Below, one piece after another: positions 20,028 through 29,393 of a stretch of 64,000 nucleotides of DNA. Source of the stretch: an uncultured cyanobacterium (GTDB taxonomy: Bacteria > Cyanobacteriota > Cyanobacteriia > CAKZMO01); assembly GCA_963719515.1 (NCBI GenBank), contig CAVRCJ010000006.1, positions 1 through 64,000 on the forward strand, given 5' to 3'. Both the position numbers and the translations under genes were made by a program. Positions within the stretch are counted from its first letter, which is position 1; each line of letters opens with the position of its first letter. The notes under the pieces were generated by a model. That model saw only the letters and a list, made by a program, of their open reading frames with translations, ran no database searches and was not told the DNA's origin.

Positions 20028-21602
20028 ATGGCCCCCGCTCAACTCTATGCGATTGACTTTGGCACGAGCAACACCGTCGTTGCCTGCTGGGATAGCGCAG
20101 TAGACGAAGCCAGCACCGTTATAGTGCCAGGACTATCTAGTACCCTGCTGCATAATCCCCCCAGTATTCCCAGTCTGGTCTACGTTGACCAAGCTCAGGA
20201 AGGGCGAGTGACCGTGGGCCAAGCGGTGCGCGACCGCGGCCTTGACGTCGCTAGCGATCCTCGCCTGTTTCAGAATTTCAAGCGGGGCATTGGCACAGCG
20301 GTTCAAGGCTTTTTGCCCGAGCTAGACGAGCGCAGCATGACGTTTGAGCAGGTGGGCAGCTGGTTTTTGCAGCAGGTGGTTGAGGCGCTGCCTACCCAGG
20401 ACTGCGAACTGATTTTGACGGTGCCCGTAGACAGCTACGAAGCCTATCGCCACTGGCTAGAGACCGCCTGCAGGCCGCTATCGGTGTCGCAGGTGCGCCT
20501 GATCGACGAACCGACAGCGGCAGCCTTAGGCTACGGGCTAGAGTCAGAAACCCCAGTTCTTGTCGTCGATTTCGGCGGCGGTACCCTCGATTTTTCCCTT
20601 GTGCAGCTGGCACAGAGTAAAGCGCGATCGCTGGGGTTTTTGCTGAAGTGGAGCGGACAAAAGTCTGCCTCAGCGCAGCAGCCAAAGACGGCCCGCGTCT
20701 TGGCCAAGTCAGGCGACTCTCTAGGGGGCAGCGATATCGACAACTGGCTCCTAGACTACTTCGCAGAGGCCCAAAATTTGCCCAAGTCTGCGCTGACCCA
20801 GCGGCTGTGCGAGCGCCTCAAGGTTGCCCTGTCGGCAGCGGCGGCGGCCCAAGAAGTCCTGTTTGATGACGAGACCCTAGAGACCTATGAACTAGCCCTC
20901 ACCCGCGATCAGTTCAACCAAATTCTGGCGCAGCGAGGCTTCTTTGACAGCTTGGAGGGTCTTGTGGCGCAAATGCTGTACCAGGCGCAGCAGCAGGGTC
21001 TATACGCTGCCGATATTAAAACTGTCCTCTTGGTGGGCGGCGGGGCGCAGATTCCGGCCCTGCAGGATTGGCTCCAGCAGCGATTCAAAACCAGCGTCAT
21101 CTGCGGCGAGAAGCCCCTAGAGGCGATCGCCCACGGGGCCCTTCAGCTGGCGCAGGTCGAGCTGAAGGACTTCTTATACCATGGGTACGGGCTGCGCTAC
21201 TGGAACCGCCGCGTCAACCGGCACGACTGGCACCCCCTGATTCCTCAAGGGCAGGCCTACCCCATGGAGACCCCCATTGAGCTAGTGCTGGGGGCTTCGA
21301 TTGAAAACCAGCCCGGCATTGAGCTGGTGCTGGGGGAGATGGGAGCCAATACCGGCGGCACTGAGGTTTACTTCGATGGCGATCGCTTAGTGACGCGTTC
21401 GCGGGGTGACGGACAGGCGACGGTGAAGCTGCTCAATGAGGGGAAGAGCTTAGCCTCCCTCGATCCCCCTGGCGCTCCCGGCAGCGATCGCGTTCGGTTT
21501 GAATTTTATGTAGACGAGTCTCGCTTCCTGCGGGTGACGGCGGAAGATTTGCTGACAAACCGGCGCTTGCTCGATGACCAAGTTTTGGTCAAGCTGCAGT
21601 AG
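20028..21602 (+). CDS. Hsp70/DnaK-domain protein
   Basis: Motifs AIDFGTSNT, EPTAAALGYG, VDFGGGTLD, LLVGGGAQIP. Confidence 0.92.
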   Translation: MAPAQLYAIDFGTSNTVVACWDSAVDEASTVIVPGLSSTLLHNPPSIPSLVYVDQAQEGRVTVGQAVRDRGLDVASDPRLFQNFKRGIGTAVQGFLPELDERSMTFEQVGSWFLQQVVEALPTQDCELILTVPVDSYEAYRHWLETACRPLSVSQVRLIDEPTAAALGYGLESETPVLVVDFGGGTLDFSLVQLAQSKARSLGFLLKWSGQKSASAQQPKTARVLAKSGDSLGGSDIDNWLLDYFAEAQNLPKSALTQRLCERLKVALSAAAAAQEVLFDDETLETYELALTRDQFNQILAQRGFFDSLEGLVAQMLYQAQQQGLYAADIKTVLLVGGGAQIPALQDWLQQRFKTSVICGEKPLEAIAHGALQLAQVELKDFLYHGYGLRYWNRRVNRHDWHPLIPQGQAYPMETPIELVLGASIENQPGIELVLGEMGANTGGTEVYFDGDRLVTRSRGDGQATVKLLNEGKSLASLDPPGAPGSDRVRFEFYVDESRFLRVTAEDLLTNRRLLDDQVLVKLQ

Positions 21603-21679
21603 CATTCGGTACGCTGTGGGGAGAGTCCGGCAGGGATAAGCGCAACTTGTACACCGTAGCCCACCGATACCGATCTACC

Positions 21680-21868
21680 ATGCAAACAACCGCCGACTAT
21701 GCCTGCGCCTTTTGCGGAGAGAGCAGCGTCACGTTTGTTGACATCACCGCTGGGTTTCAGCAGTCCTACATCGAGGACTGCCAGGTGTGCTGCCGCCCCA
21801 ACGTCCTCTACGTCACCGTCGATGAGGAGACCCTAGAGGTGACGATTCACACTGACTACGACGAGTGA
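21680..21868 (+). CDS. CPXCG-type cysteine-rich small protein
   Basis: CAFCGE...QSYIEDCQVCCRP. Confidence 0.85.
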   Translation: MQTTADYACAFCGESSVTFVDITAGFQQSYIEDCQVCCRPNVLYVTVDEETLEVTIHTDYDE

Positions 21869-21880
21869 GAGACTAGCGCC

Positions 21881-22057
21881 ATGGTAATTATTTTGCTGTT
21901 GCTGCTGCTCGTGGGGGGAGTTCTGCTCACAGACCTATTGGCCTACCTGCCGCTCTACCTCATTGGCCTGCTTCACCTGCCCCAATGGTTCGGCTGGTTT
22001 TTTCTGGCGACGGTGGTGGTCGGTTTGATGGGCGATCGCCGCACTCCTTTAGAGTAA
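21881..22057 (+). CDS. 58-aa membrane protein (below ORF-track cutoff)
   Basis: ATG...TAA encoding MVIILLLLLLVGGVLLTDLLAYLPLYLIGLLHLPQWFGWFFLATVVVGLMGDRRTPLE; fills the gap between co-oriented genes. Confidence 0.6.
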   Translation: MVIILLLLLLVGGVLLTDLLAYLPLYLIGLLHLPQWFGWFFLATVVVGLMGDRRTPLE

Positions 22058-22099
22058 AAGTTAGACTGCCCCAAGGTTGTGAATTAGGCAAGGGTATCC

Positions 22100-23293
22100 A
22101 TGGCTTTCCCGGTTCAGCAGGTCCAGCTTCCCCAGATCGATCAAGTGCCGCCACCCCTAATGATGGGTGACCCCAGCTCGTTTGCCTACCATACCTACAG
22201 CGATCGCTGGCCCTCGGTGGTCGAGCGCATTGTCAAAGAGAATAGCTTTGACGGACCAACGGTCAAGCGCCTCCGGCAGCTAACTCAAGACCTGTTTAAT
22301 GGCACCCTGCGATCGCTCCAAGACCGCCACGCCCCCGACTGGGAGGGCTGGGAGCAAGATCTCTCCCCCTACTTGGGCCAGCCCTGGGTTGAGGTGCCCT
22401 GGCTGTTTGCCGAGTTCTATTTCTATCGCCGCATTCTAGAAGCCGTAGCGTATTTCTCGGGCGACACTCCGCCTGACCCCTTTGCCTCCCAGAAGCAAGC
22501 GGCCCTTCAGGCGGCGGGCGCAGCGGTCCGGCCCGCAGGCAGCATTTCTGAAAGTTTGTACGGTGCGCTCTGGGGCAACCGCGCCGACCTCAGCCTCAAG
22601 CCGGCCCAAACCTGGCAGGAAAATTCGAGCGAGGGAGCCCGCACCGATCGCGTTTTGGTAGACCAGACAGCGGCGATCGCCCGCTATCTACAGCAGGCCA
22701 TACCGACAAAAAACGGGGCAAGCGGCGCTACGGGATTGACGGTAGACCTTGTGGCCGATAACGCGGGAGCCGAGCTGATTTCTGACCTGGCCTTAGCCGC
22801 CAGCCTGCTTGACGCTTATCCTAAGACGCGGGTGAGGCTACACCTCAAGGCCTACCCCACCTTCGTCTCCGACGCCACGATTGCCGACGTTGACCAGACG
22901 CTGGGGGCGATCGCGGGCAGTCCCCTGGGCCTCGCCCTGCAGCCCCATCTCGATGCCGGGGCGCTGCAGCTTCAAGACAACCCGCTGTGGAATCGGCCCC
23001 TGGCATTCTGGCAGCTGCGGGAGGAGCTGAGCGCTATTTTTGAAGACAGTCAGCTCGTCATTCTGAAGGGAGACGCCAACTATCGCCGTCTGCTTGGGGA
23101 TTGTAGCTGGCCACCGACCGCTCACTTCAGCGCGGTATCGGCCTACTTCCCCTGCCCCGTAGCGGCCCTTAGAACGCTGAAGTCGGAGCTGGTAATAGGC
23201 CTGACGTCGGAGCAGATCACCTATCTGAATGACACTCATTCGGGCTGGATGACCGCTGGCGAGTGGGGGGTGATTCAGTCTCGGCTGGATTAG
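22100..23293 (+). CDS. damage-control phosphatase, ARMT1/DUF89 family
   Basis: Motifs WLFAEFYFYRR, LWGNRADLS, DNAGAEL, KGDANYRRL, LRTLKSE. Confidence 0.9.
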   Translation: MAFPVQQVQLPQIDQVPPPLMMGDPSSFAYHTYSDRWPSVVERIVKENSFDGPTVKRLRQLTQDLFNGTLRSLQDRHAPDWEGWEQDLSPYLGQPWVEVPWLFAEFYFYRRILEAVAYFSGDTPPDPFASQKQAALQAAGAAVRPAGSISESLYGALWGNRADLSLKPAQTWQENSSEGARTDRVLVDQTAAIARYLQQAIPTKNGASGATGLTVDLVADNAGAELISDLALAASLLDAYPKTRVRLHLKAYPTFVSDATIADVDQTLGAIAGSPLGLALQPHLDAGALQLQDNPLWNRPLAFWQLREELSAIFEDSQLVILKGDANYRRLLGDCSWPPTAHFSAVSAYFPCPVAALRTLKSELVIGLTSEQITYLNDTHSGWMTAGEWGVIQSRLD

Positions 23294-23868
23294 GAAATAG
23301 GAATGCCCGCAGACTAAGGAGAGCCTGTCCGGATACGGAGTCCGGCCTTGGAATAAAGCTCTAGGGAAACGGAACGAGCAGGCATTCCTAGGCAGATGCA
23401 AACTTGCTGCTGGCTCTAACACGTTGAACAAACGGCGCTTGATGCCTCAAGCGGCCTCGGTCAAATCGCTTACCTGAATTGAGCAGCCTGGGTTACCTGA
23501 GATCTAGAGTCGAGGGTAGCCTAGTTTGCGTTAGAGCAGCTATCAATCTCTAAAATTTCTTTCTTTGGCTTTCAGCTCTTCGGCTTTTGGGGTCTTAGCT
23601 GAGGAACGTATAGACGCACGTATTCCCGGTATTCTTCGAAATGCAGATGCGGCCCAAGCCAATTACACAATAGCCTGTTTCCTGACGCTGTGAACAGACT
23701 GTAATAGAAAGTTTTTTGTTTCCGCTGCGGTTTGCCCGAGCTGCGGTTTGCCCAAGCTGCGGGCTCAATCTCGCGCCCCAGACCGAATGATAGAGTTAGA
23801 GGCAGCCTCTCCGGCAGTTGTTTACGGCTGCCAGCGGCAGCATACCGAATTTATCCGTAGCCTCTATA

Positions 23869-24753
23869 GTGCCAATCTCCCCCCTAATTCTCACCTGCGG
23901 CGATCGCCAGCTCGACTGTACGCCGGCGGCAGGTCCCCGCGTTATGGGCATCCTCAACGTCACCCCAGACTCGTTTTCAGACGGCGGGCGCTACCTGGAG
24001 ATAGACGACGCCCTAGCCCAAACGGAGCAGATGCTGCGGGGCGGCGCTGCCATTATTGATGTGGGGGGAGAGTCTTCGCGGCCCAAGGGCAGCGCCTATG
24101 GCAAAGGGGCCGAACCCGTGCCGGAAGACGAGGAAAAGCGGCGGGTATTACCTGCCATTGAGGCGATCGCCCGCCGGTTTCCGGAGGCGCTGATTTCCAT
24201 CGACACCTACAAGCCCGGTGTCGCCATCGCCGCCCTTGACGCGGGTGCCCACATCATCAACGACATCACCGGACTGCGGGCCTTTCCTGAGATGGCGCAG
24301 GTGGCGGCCAAAGCGAACGCGCCGCTGATTGTGATGCATTCTCTAGGGCGACCGGGGGCGATGCCCCACGAGCACCGGTACGACGACGTGGTGGCGGCAG
24401 TGAAGCGATCGCTACAGGACTCTATTGCGGTGGCGCAGCAGGCGGGAGCCACCCAGCTGGTGGTAGACCCTGGCTTTGGGTTTGGCAAGTCCGTCAGCGA
24501 AAATCTGCGGCTGATCGCCCATACCCAAAGCTTTACGACGCTGGGCTATCCGGTGCTGGTGGGTATCTCCCGTAAAAGTACCGTTGGGGCGGTGCTGGGT
24601 GGGGAGACGCCGCTGCCCTTGGAGGAGCGGCTTTACGGCACGCTGGGGGCCACGGCGACGGCGGTGCTGCAGGGGGCGGCGATCGTGCGGACTCACGACG
24701 TGCGGCCTACGGTGGAGATGTTGACGCTGCTGGCAGCGACTCAGCTGCAATAA
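23869..24753 (+). CDS. folP: dihydropteroate synthase
   Basis: Motifs MGILNVTPDSFSDGG, DPGFGFGK, GISRKS, RTHDV. Start uncertain. Confidence 0.95.
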   Translation: MPISPLILTCGDRQLDCTPAAGPRVMGILNVTPDSFSDGGRYLEIDDALAQTEQMLRGGAAIIDVGGESSRPKGSAYGKGAEPVPEDEEKRRVLPAIEAIARRFPEALISIDTYKPGVAIAALDAGAHIINDITGLRAFPEMAQVAAKANAPLIVMHSLGRPGAMPHEHRYDDVVAAVKRSLQDSIAVAQQAGATQLVVDPGFGFGKSVSENLRLIAHTQSFTTLGYPVLVGISRKSTVGAVLGGETPLPLEERLYGTLGATATAVLQGAAIVRTHDVRPTVEMLTLLAATQLQ

Positions 24754-24778
24754 AAAGATTGGCTCATGACGCTACGTA

Positions 24779-25386
24779 CTACCCAATCCATTTCAACCCC
24801 TGCAAAATTTCCGCCAAATCTCCCTCCCGATCGAGCACCTGATATACATTTGACTGGCTGTAGATCGGCGCAGCTGCCGTCCGCCTCAAAAATACCACCT
24901 CTCGCTCGTTTGTCACCATCGCATGGTATTCCCTAGGAGCAGTGCTGTCGGGTTGACCCAGCAAATAGCTCAGCGCCTGAGGAATACCTGCAATCACATC
25001 AAACTGGGCCTGCTTTGATTCGATCACCAAGACCAGAACCAAGACTTCACCACCAGCACGTCGATTCTGCCCGTGAAGGTCGTCCCTTGATCTGCCGCCT
25101 CTAGCACTACTGATGCCTCCGCTCGAATCGAAAACGGGGGCTGATAGAAGCCTGACAAATTTAGCAGCGGGGCGACCACCACTAGCTTGACGACTTCCTC
25201 TAGCGGGTTAGTTTCAATAATGTTGGCGTAGTTTCCTCGCAGCCGATCTAGCATCTGTCGCTCAAACGCCGACAATTCATCCATCTCTGACAGCCAGTTC
25301 TGGAAGAAAGAATCGTCGCGATCGCGGACGAGACCAAACGTTTCTTTTAGATCGCTGAGGCTGAGCGTGCTAATTGCGGTGACCAC
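24779..25386 (-). pseudogene. HsdR-N-like PD-(D/E)XK small nuclease-family protein, frameshifted near 25035
   Basis: GRIDVLVV...(FW)VLVIESK is split across two frames; one G missing from TGG-GTC. Confidence 0.7.
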
Positions 25387-25457
25387 GGCAGTATCTCGCT
25401 CGCAAACAAAGAACTCACTTCATTGTAGGCACCCTGTTTGCAGGACAGGATTTTCAG

Positions 25458-27341
25458 CTATATCAGGTACCCCCTTGGCGTAATCAACCAGTCCCCCAAC
25501 CGATGGGTGCAGCGATTGCCAATAATTACCGTCGTTACCATGTCCACCGGGTGCTCTAAAAACTGCGCCAGGGTCGTCAGCTGAATTTGCTCATCCTCGC
25601 GGTAGGCCGATCGCACCAGAGCGACCGGTGTCTCCGGGGAACGGTGCTGCAAAAAGATTTCCTGGGCGATCGCAATCGGCTGAGTGCGGGTCTTGGATTT
25701 GGGATTGTAGAGCGCCGTGACAAAGTCTGCCGCCGCCGCTGCCTCAAGGCGGGCCTTGATGGTCTCCCAAGGCGTGAGCAAGTCGCTGAGGCTGATGGCG
25801 CAAAAATCGTGCATCAGCGGAGCGCCGACGCGGGCCGCCGACGCCTGCAGGGCGCTGATGCCGGGGAAAACCTGGACGCTGGGCTGCTGGCCGTCCCACC
25901 CCTGCTGCTCTAGGGTCTCCATTACCAGCCCCGCCATACCGTAGATGCCGCAGTCTCCCGAGGAGATCACCGCTACCGTCAGCCCCCACCGCGCCAGGGC
26001 GATCGCCCGCTCGGCCCGCTGCCGCTCTTGGGTAATGGGCAGCGCCTCAATGATCTGGCCGGGTCGGGTAAGGGGTTTGATCAAGCCCACGTAGAGGCTG
26101 TAGCCAACAATCACGTCGGCGGTGGCGATCGCGCTGCGGGCGGCGGGGGTAATTTGCGCCAGGGCACCGGGACCAGTGCCCACCAGCCACAGCTGACCAT
26201 CTCGCCCCGTCAGTTCCTGAGCGGCCTCAGCGACAGCCACGGTGACCGCCCCAGGCTCTCCCGCCAAGCGCACCACCTGCTTTGTCACTTTTAGCTCAGC
26301 GGTATCAGCTGTCCTCAGCGCTGCCGCCTCCGCAACGCTGGGGGTGCCCACCGCCTGCGCCACCACCTCGGAGGGATGGGGCACTGACGTCTGCTTTAAG
26401 GTCTGGGCATCGTAGCAGCGCAGAGGCCACTGGCGATCGCGGCAGACCTCCAGCAAGCCAGGCTCGTCGGCCTTCAGGTCTAGGGAGGCTACCCCCGCTA
26501 CGGCCAGCGACGATAGGCCACCCTGCTCTAGCGCCTGCGCCACGCCAGCGGCAATCACCGCCGCCGAGGTGCCCCGCTCGCAGCCAACGCCTAGCCACAG
26601 GGCGCGGGGGTGCCAATAGGCTGTGGGAACTAGATGAGTTTTTGCCGGGGCGGCAGTGGTGACGCACACCTGAGCTGCGGCGGGCTGACCGGCCTCAAAT
26701 AGAAAGGGGTGGCTCTCTGGCAGTCCCGTTTGCCACAGCGGTGACCCCGCCGTCTGGGCAATCGCCACCGGAGCTTGACGGGCGATCGCCGCGCTGACTG
26801 CCGTCCAGTCTCCGTCGCCGCGCCGCCAGCCAAAGGGACGCCCCAGCACATCGATGCCCGGCAGGTCGGCGGCAGCGGCGGCCCCGGTAATTACAGGCGT
26901 AGCGCCGAGGAAGTGAGCCACTCGCTGCGCGAGCAGGTCTGCGCCGCCCTGATGGCCGCTGCACAGGCTGATCACATGCTGTCCCGTCGGGTCAACTACC
27001 ACCACCGCTGGGTCGCTGGCCTTATCGCTGAGTAGGGGGGCAATGAGCCGGGTTACGGCTCCGGCGGCGAGGCAAAAAACGAGGTCGGGGGCGGGGGCAT
27101 TGGGCGGGGCGTCAGACCAGAGGTTCGTGAGGTGGGCCTGAAGCTTACCGTCGTAGTATTGTAGGCAGGCTGCCTCTGTCTTGAAGTCCTCTAGCGATTG
27201 CGGAATCCACAGCGTGGCACCCCAGCTCTGGCACAGCGGCAGCAGCAGCCGGAGTCCTGCCGGTGTGGTGGCGATCGCGGCGGTGGGGCGGGCCGCAGTA
27301 AAGTGGCGGGCCGCAGTGGAGGGGTGAGTCACAATGTCCAT
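25458..27341 (-). CDS. cobJ: CbiG-CobJ fusion (precorrin-3B C17-methyltransferase)
   Basis: Motifs DPAVVVVD, SGHQGGA, GVGCERG, then VGTGPG, SSGDCGIYGMAG, HDFCAISLSDLLTPW. Confidence 0.93.
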   Translation of the reverse strand: MDIVTHPSTAARHFTAARPTAAIATTPAGLRLLLPLCQSWGATLWIPQSLEDFKTEAACLQYYDGKLQAHLTNLWSDAPPNAPAPDLVFCLAAGAVTRLIAPLLSDKASDPAVVVVDPTGQHVISLCSGHQGGADLLAQRVAHFLGATPVITGAAAAADLPGIDVLGRPFGWRRGDGDWTAVSAAIARQAPVAIAQTAGSPLWQTGLPESHPFLFEAGQPAAAQVCVTTAAPAKTHLVPTAYWHPRALWLGVGCERGTSAAVIAAGVAQALEQGGLSSLAVAGVASLDLKADEPGLLEVCRDRQWPLRCYDAQTLKQTSVPHPSEVVAQAVGTPSVAEAAALRTADTAELKVTKQVVRLAGEPGAVTVAVAEAAQELTGRDGQLWLVGTGPGALAQITPAARSAIATADVIVGYSLYVGLIKPLTRPGQIIEALPITQERQRAERAIALARWGLTVAVISSGDCGIYGMAGLVMETLEQQGWDGQQPSVQVFPGISALQASAARVGAPLMHDFCAISLSDLLTPWETIKARLEAAAAADFVTALYNPKSKTRTQPIAIAQEIFLQHRSPETPVALVRSAYREDEQIQLTTLAQFLEHPVDMVTTVIIGNRCTHRLGDWLITPRGYLI

Positions 27342-27772
27342 TTGCTTCGGGGATAGACCTTGAGTCTGTGAGCTAAGACTCTACGCGCTCAATGACTCGT
27401 CAGATGCCACAGTCGTGCTTGAGTACTCTCGATTCTATCTGAGTTGCGCATCGCGTCGCGTTGAACAAAGCTCGCTGTGATTGCTTTCAGCCATTCTCTG
27501 TAGAGAGCGAGGCGGCAGCTGTCCGAGGCGATCGCTGTGCCGCATATCGATGGCGTTCTCAACGTAATAATATGAGGATAAAGGCGATCGCTTTTTCGGT
27601 CCTTGTGGGTTGGGAAGGCGATCGCCCTAGCATCCCAGCGATCGCCCTACAAAACCTGCAGCATCCTGAAACGCCGCAGGCCGTACCATTCCCGCCGTCG
27701 AGGCCCGCTGCGGCTCAATGCTGCGCAGCGATCGCTTAAGCAAAATGGCTTTACGGCAGGCCAATCCTGAAT

Positions 27773-28615
27773 TTAAGCTTCAAAATCGCTTGCCGCATGG
27801 CGCTCGGGAAGCTGCCCTTCCGGCGGTCCCCAGGTGCGGTTGACCTTGCATCCCCGCTGCACTGGGGGCCTGCTGTCAATCTCCTCGGCCCACCGAACAA
27901 GATGGGTGTAGGACTGAGCCTCTACAAACTTGGCGGCGCTGTAGAGGCGGTTTAGTACTAGGCCGCCGTACCACGGCCAAACAGCGATATCGGCAATGCT
28001 GTAGGCCTCGCCGCAGAGATACTGATTATCTGCCAGGTGGCGATCGAGGACGTCGAGCTGGCGCTTCGTCTCCATCGTAAAGCGATCGATGCAGTATTCG
28101 ATTTTGACGGGGGCGTAGTTGTAAAAATGTCCAAATCCGCCGCCAACGTAGGGGGCCGAGCCTACCTGCCAAAAGAGCCAGGACAGGCATTCCGTCCGCT
28201 GCGCGGGGTCGCTGGGCAAAAGTGCGCTAAATTTCTCTGCGAGGTAGAGCAAAATCGACCCCGATTCAAAGACGCGGGTGGGCGGCGCTGTGCTGTGGTC
28301 CATCAAAGCTGGAATCTTAGAATTGGGGTTCACCGCCACAAAGCCGCTGCCAAACTGATCCCCGGCGTTGATTTTGATCAGGTAGGCATCGTACTCAGCG
28401 TCGGCCTTGCCGAGGGCCAGCAGCTCTTCCAGCATAATGGTGACCTTTTGCCCGTTGGGGGTGGCCAGGGAGTAGAGCTGCAGCGGATGCTTGCCGACCG
28501 GCAGTTCCTTCTCGTGGGTGGAGCCAGCGACGGGGCGATTGGTGCTCGCCCAGGTGCCGCCACTCTCGGCTTCCCATTGCCAAACTTCTGGAGGGGTGTA
28601 GGTAGATGTATCCAT
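27773..28615 (-). CDS. yghU: glutathione-dependent disulfide-bond oxidoreductase (GST family)
   Basis: Motifs LYSLATPNGQKV, NPNSKIPAL, FESGSIL, GGGFGHFY. Confidence 0.9.
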   Translation of the reverse strand: MDTSTYTPPEVWQWEAESGGTWASTNRPVAGSTHEKELPVGKHPLQLYSLATPNGQKVTIMLEELLALGKADAEYDAYLIKINAGDQFGSGFVAVNPNSKIPALMDHSTAPPTRVFESGSILLYLAEKFSALLPSDPAQRTECLSWLFWQVGSAPYVGGGFGHFYNYAPVKIEYCIDRFTMETKRQLDVLDRHLADNQYLCGEAYSIADIAVWPWYGGLVLNRLYSAAKFVEAQSYTHLVRWAEEIDSRPPVQRGCKVNRTWGPPEGQLPERHAASDFEA

Positions 28616-28771
28616 GACTTAGCGCTAATGTGAGAGGCTGACGCTTGACAGAATAGCGCAGTCTTGGGGGAGGCGACATCGTTCGCGTCAGGGGGCACAG
28701 GCTGAATACAAACACCTCTAGGCCGCTAGCCGCCTCATCGACGGTCGTAGGAGCGATCGCCGCCCTCTAGC

Positions 28772-29341
28772 TCAATTTGCCGCAGGCGGCTTGATGACGG
28801 TGCTCAGCGCTGTCAAAACGCGCTGGGCCACGTCCTGCGATCGCTCTCCGCTGTGGACGTCAATCGTCAGGTCAGCCTGGGCATAGAGGTGCCGACGTTC
28901 GGCCAGTAAATCCTGCAGCACCTGCTGGGGATCAGGGCGCTGTAGAAGCGGCCGGGTGGTGTCTCGGCTGAGGCGCTGGTAGAGCAGGTCGGCGGGGGCG
29001 TTTAGCCAAACGACCGCGCCGTAGTGCAGATAGCTCCAGTTTTTTCGCGCCAGCACAATGCCGCCCCCCGTCGCCACCACGAGGCGCTGGTAGGCGCAGA
29101 GCTTGCTGAGCACCTGGGTCTCTAGCTGACGGAAATCGGCCTCTCCTGAGTCAGCAAAAATTTGCGCCACGGATTTTCCGGCGGCCTGCTCCGCTACTTG
29201 GTCGGTGTCAAAAAACTGGTACTGCAGCAGGCGCGCCAAATGTCGCCCCACCGTCGTTTTACCCGCCCCCATCATGCCAACCAGGTAAATATTGATGTCG
29301 CTGAGCTGCGCTTTGATTTGCTCGGCTTGGGATGTGGTCAT
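28772..29341 (-). CDS. aroK: shikimate kinase
   Basis: Motifs GMMGAGKTTVG, ATGGG, RPLL. Confidence 0.95.
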   Translation of the reverse strand: MTTSQAEQIKAQLSDINIYLVGMMGAGKTTVGRHLARLLQYQFFDTDQVAEQAAGKSVAQIFADSGEADFRQLETQVLSKLCAYQRLVVATGGGIVLARKNWSYLHYGAVVWLNAPADLLYQRLSRDTTRPLLQRPDPQQVLQDLLAERRHLYAQADLTIDVHSGERSQDVAQRVLTALSTVIKPPAAN

Positions 29342-29393
29342 GGGCGTTTACTTCTGGCTCTCAACCCAGCAATTTTATAATGCCAGCCCGCCG

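Noticed and set aside
27345..27770. cobalamin riboswitch upstream of cbiG-cobJ
   Set aside because: No B12-box-like conserved blocks seen; the region is mainly a HIP1 cluster.
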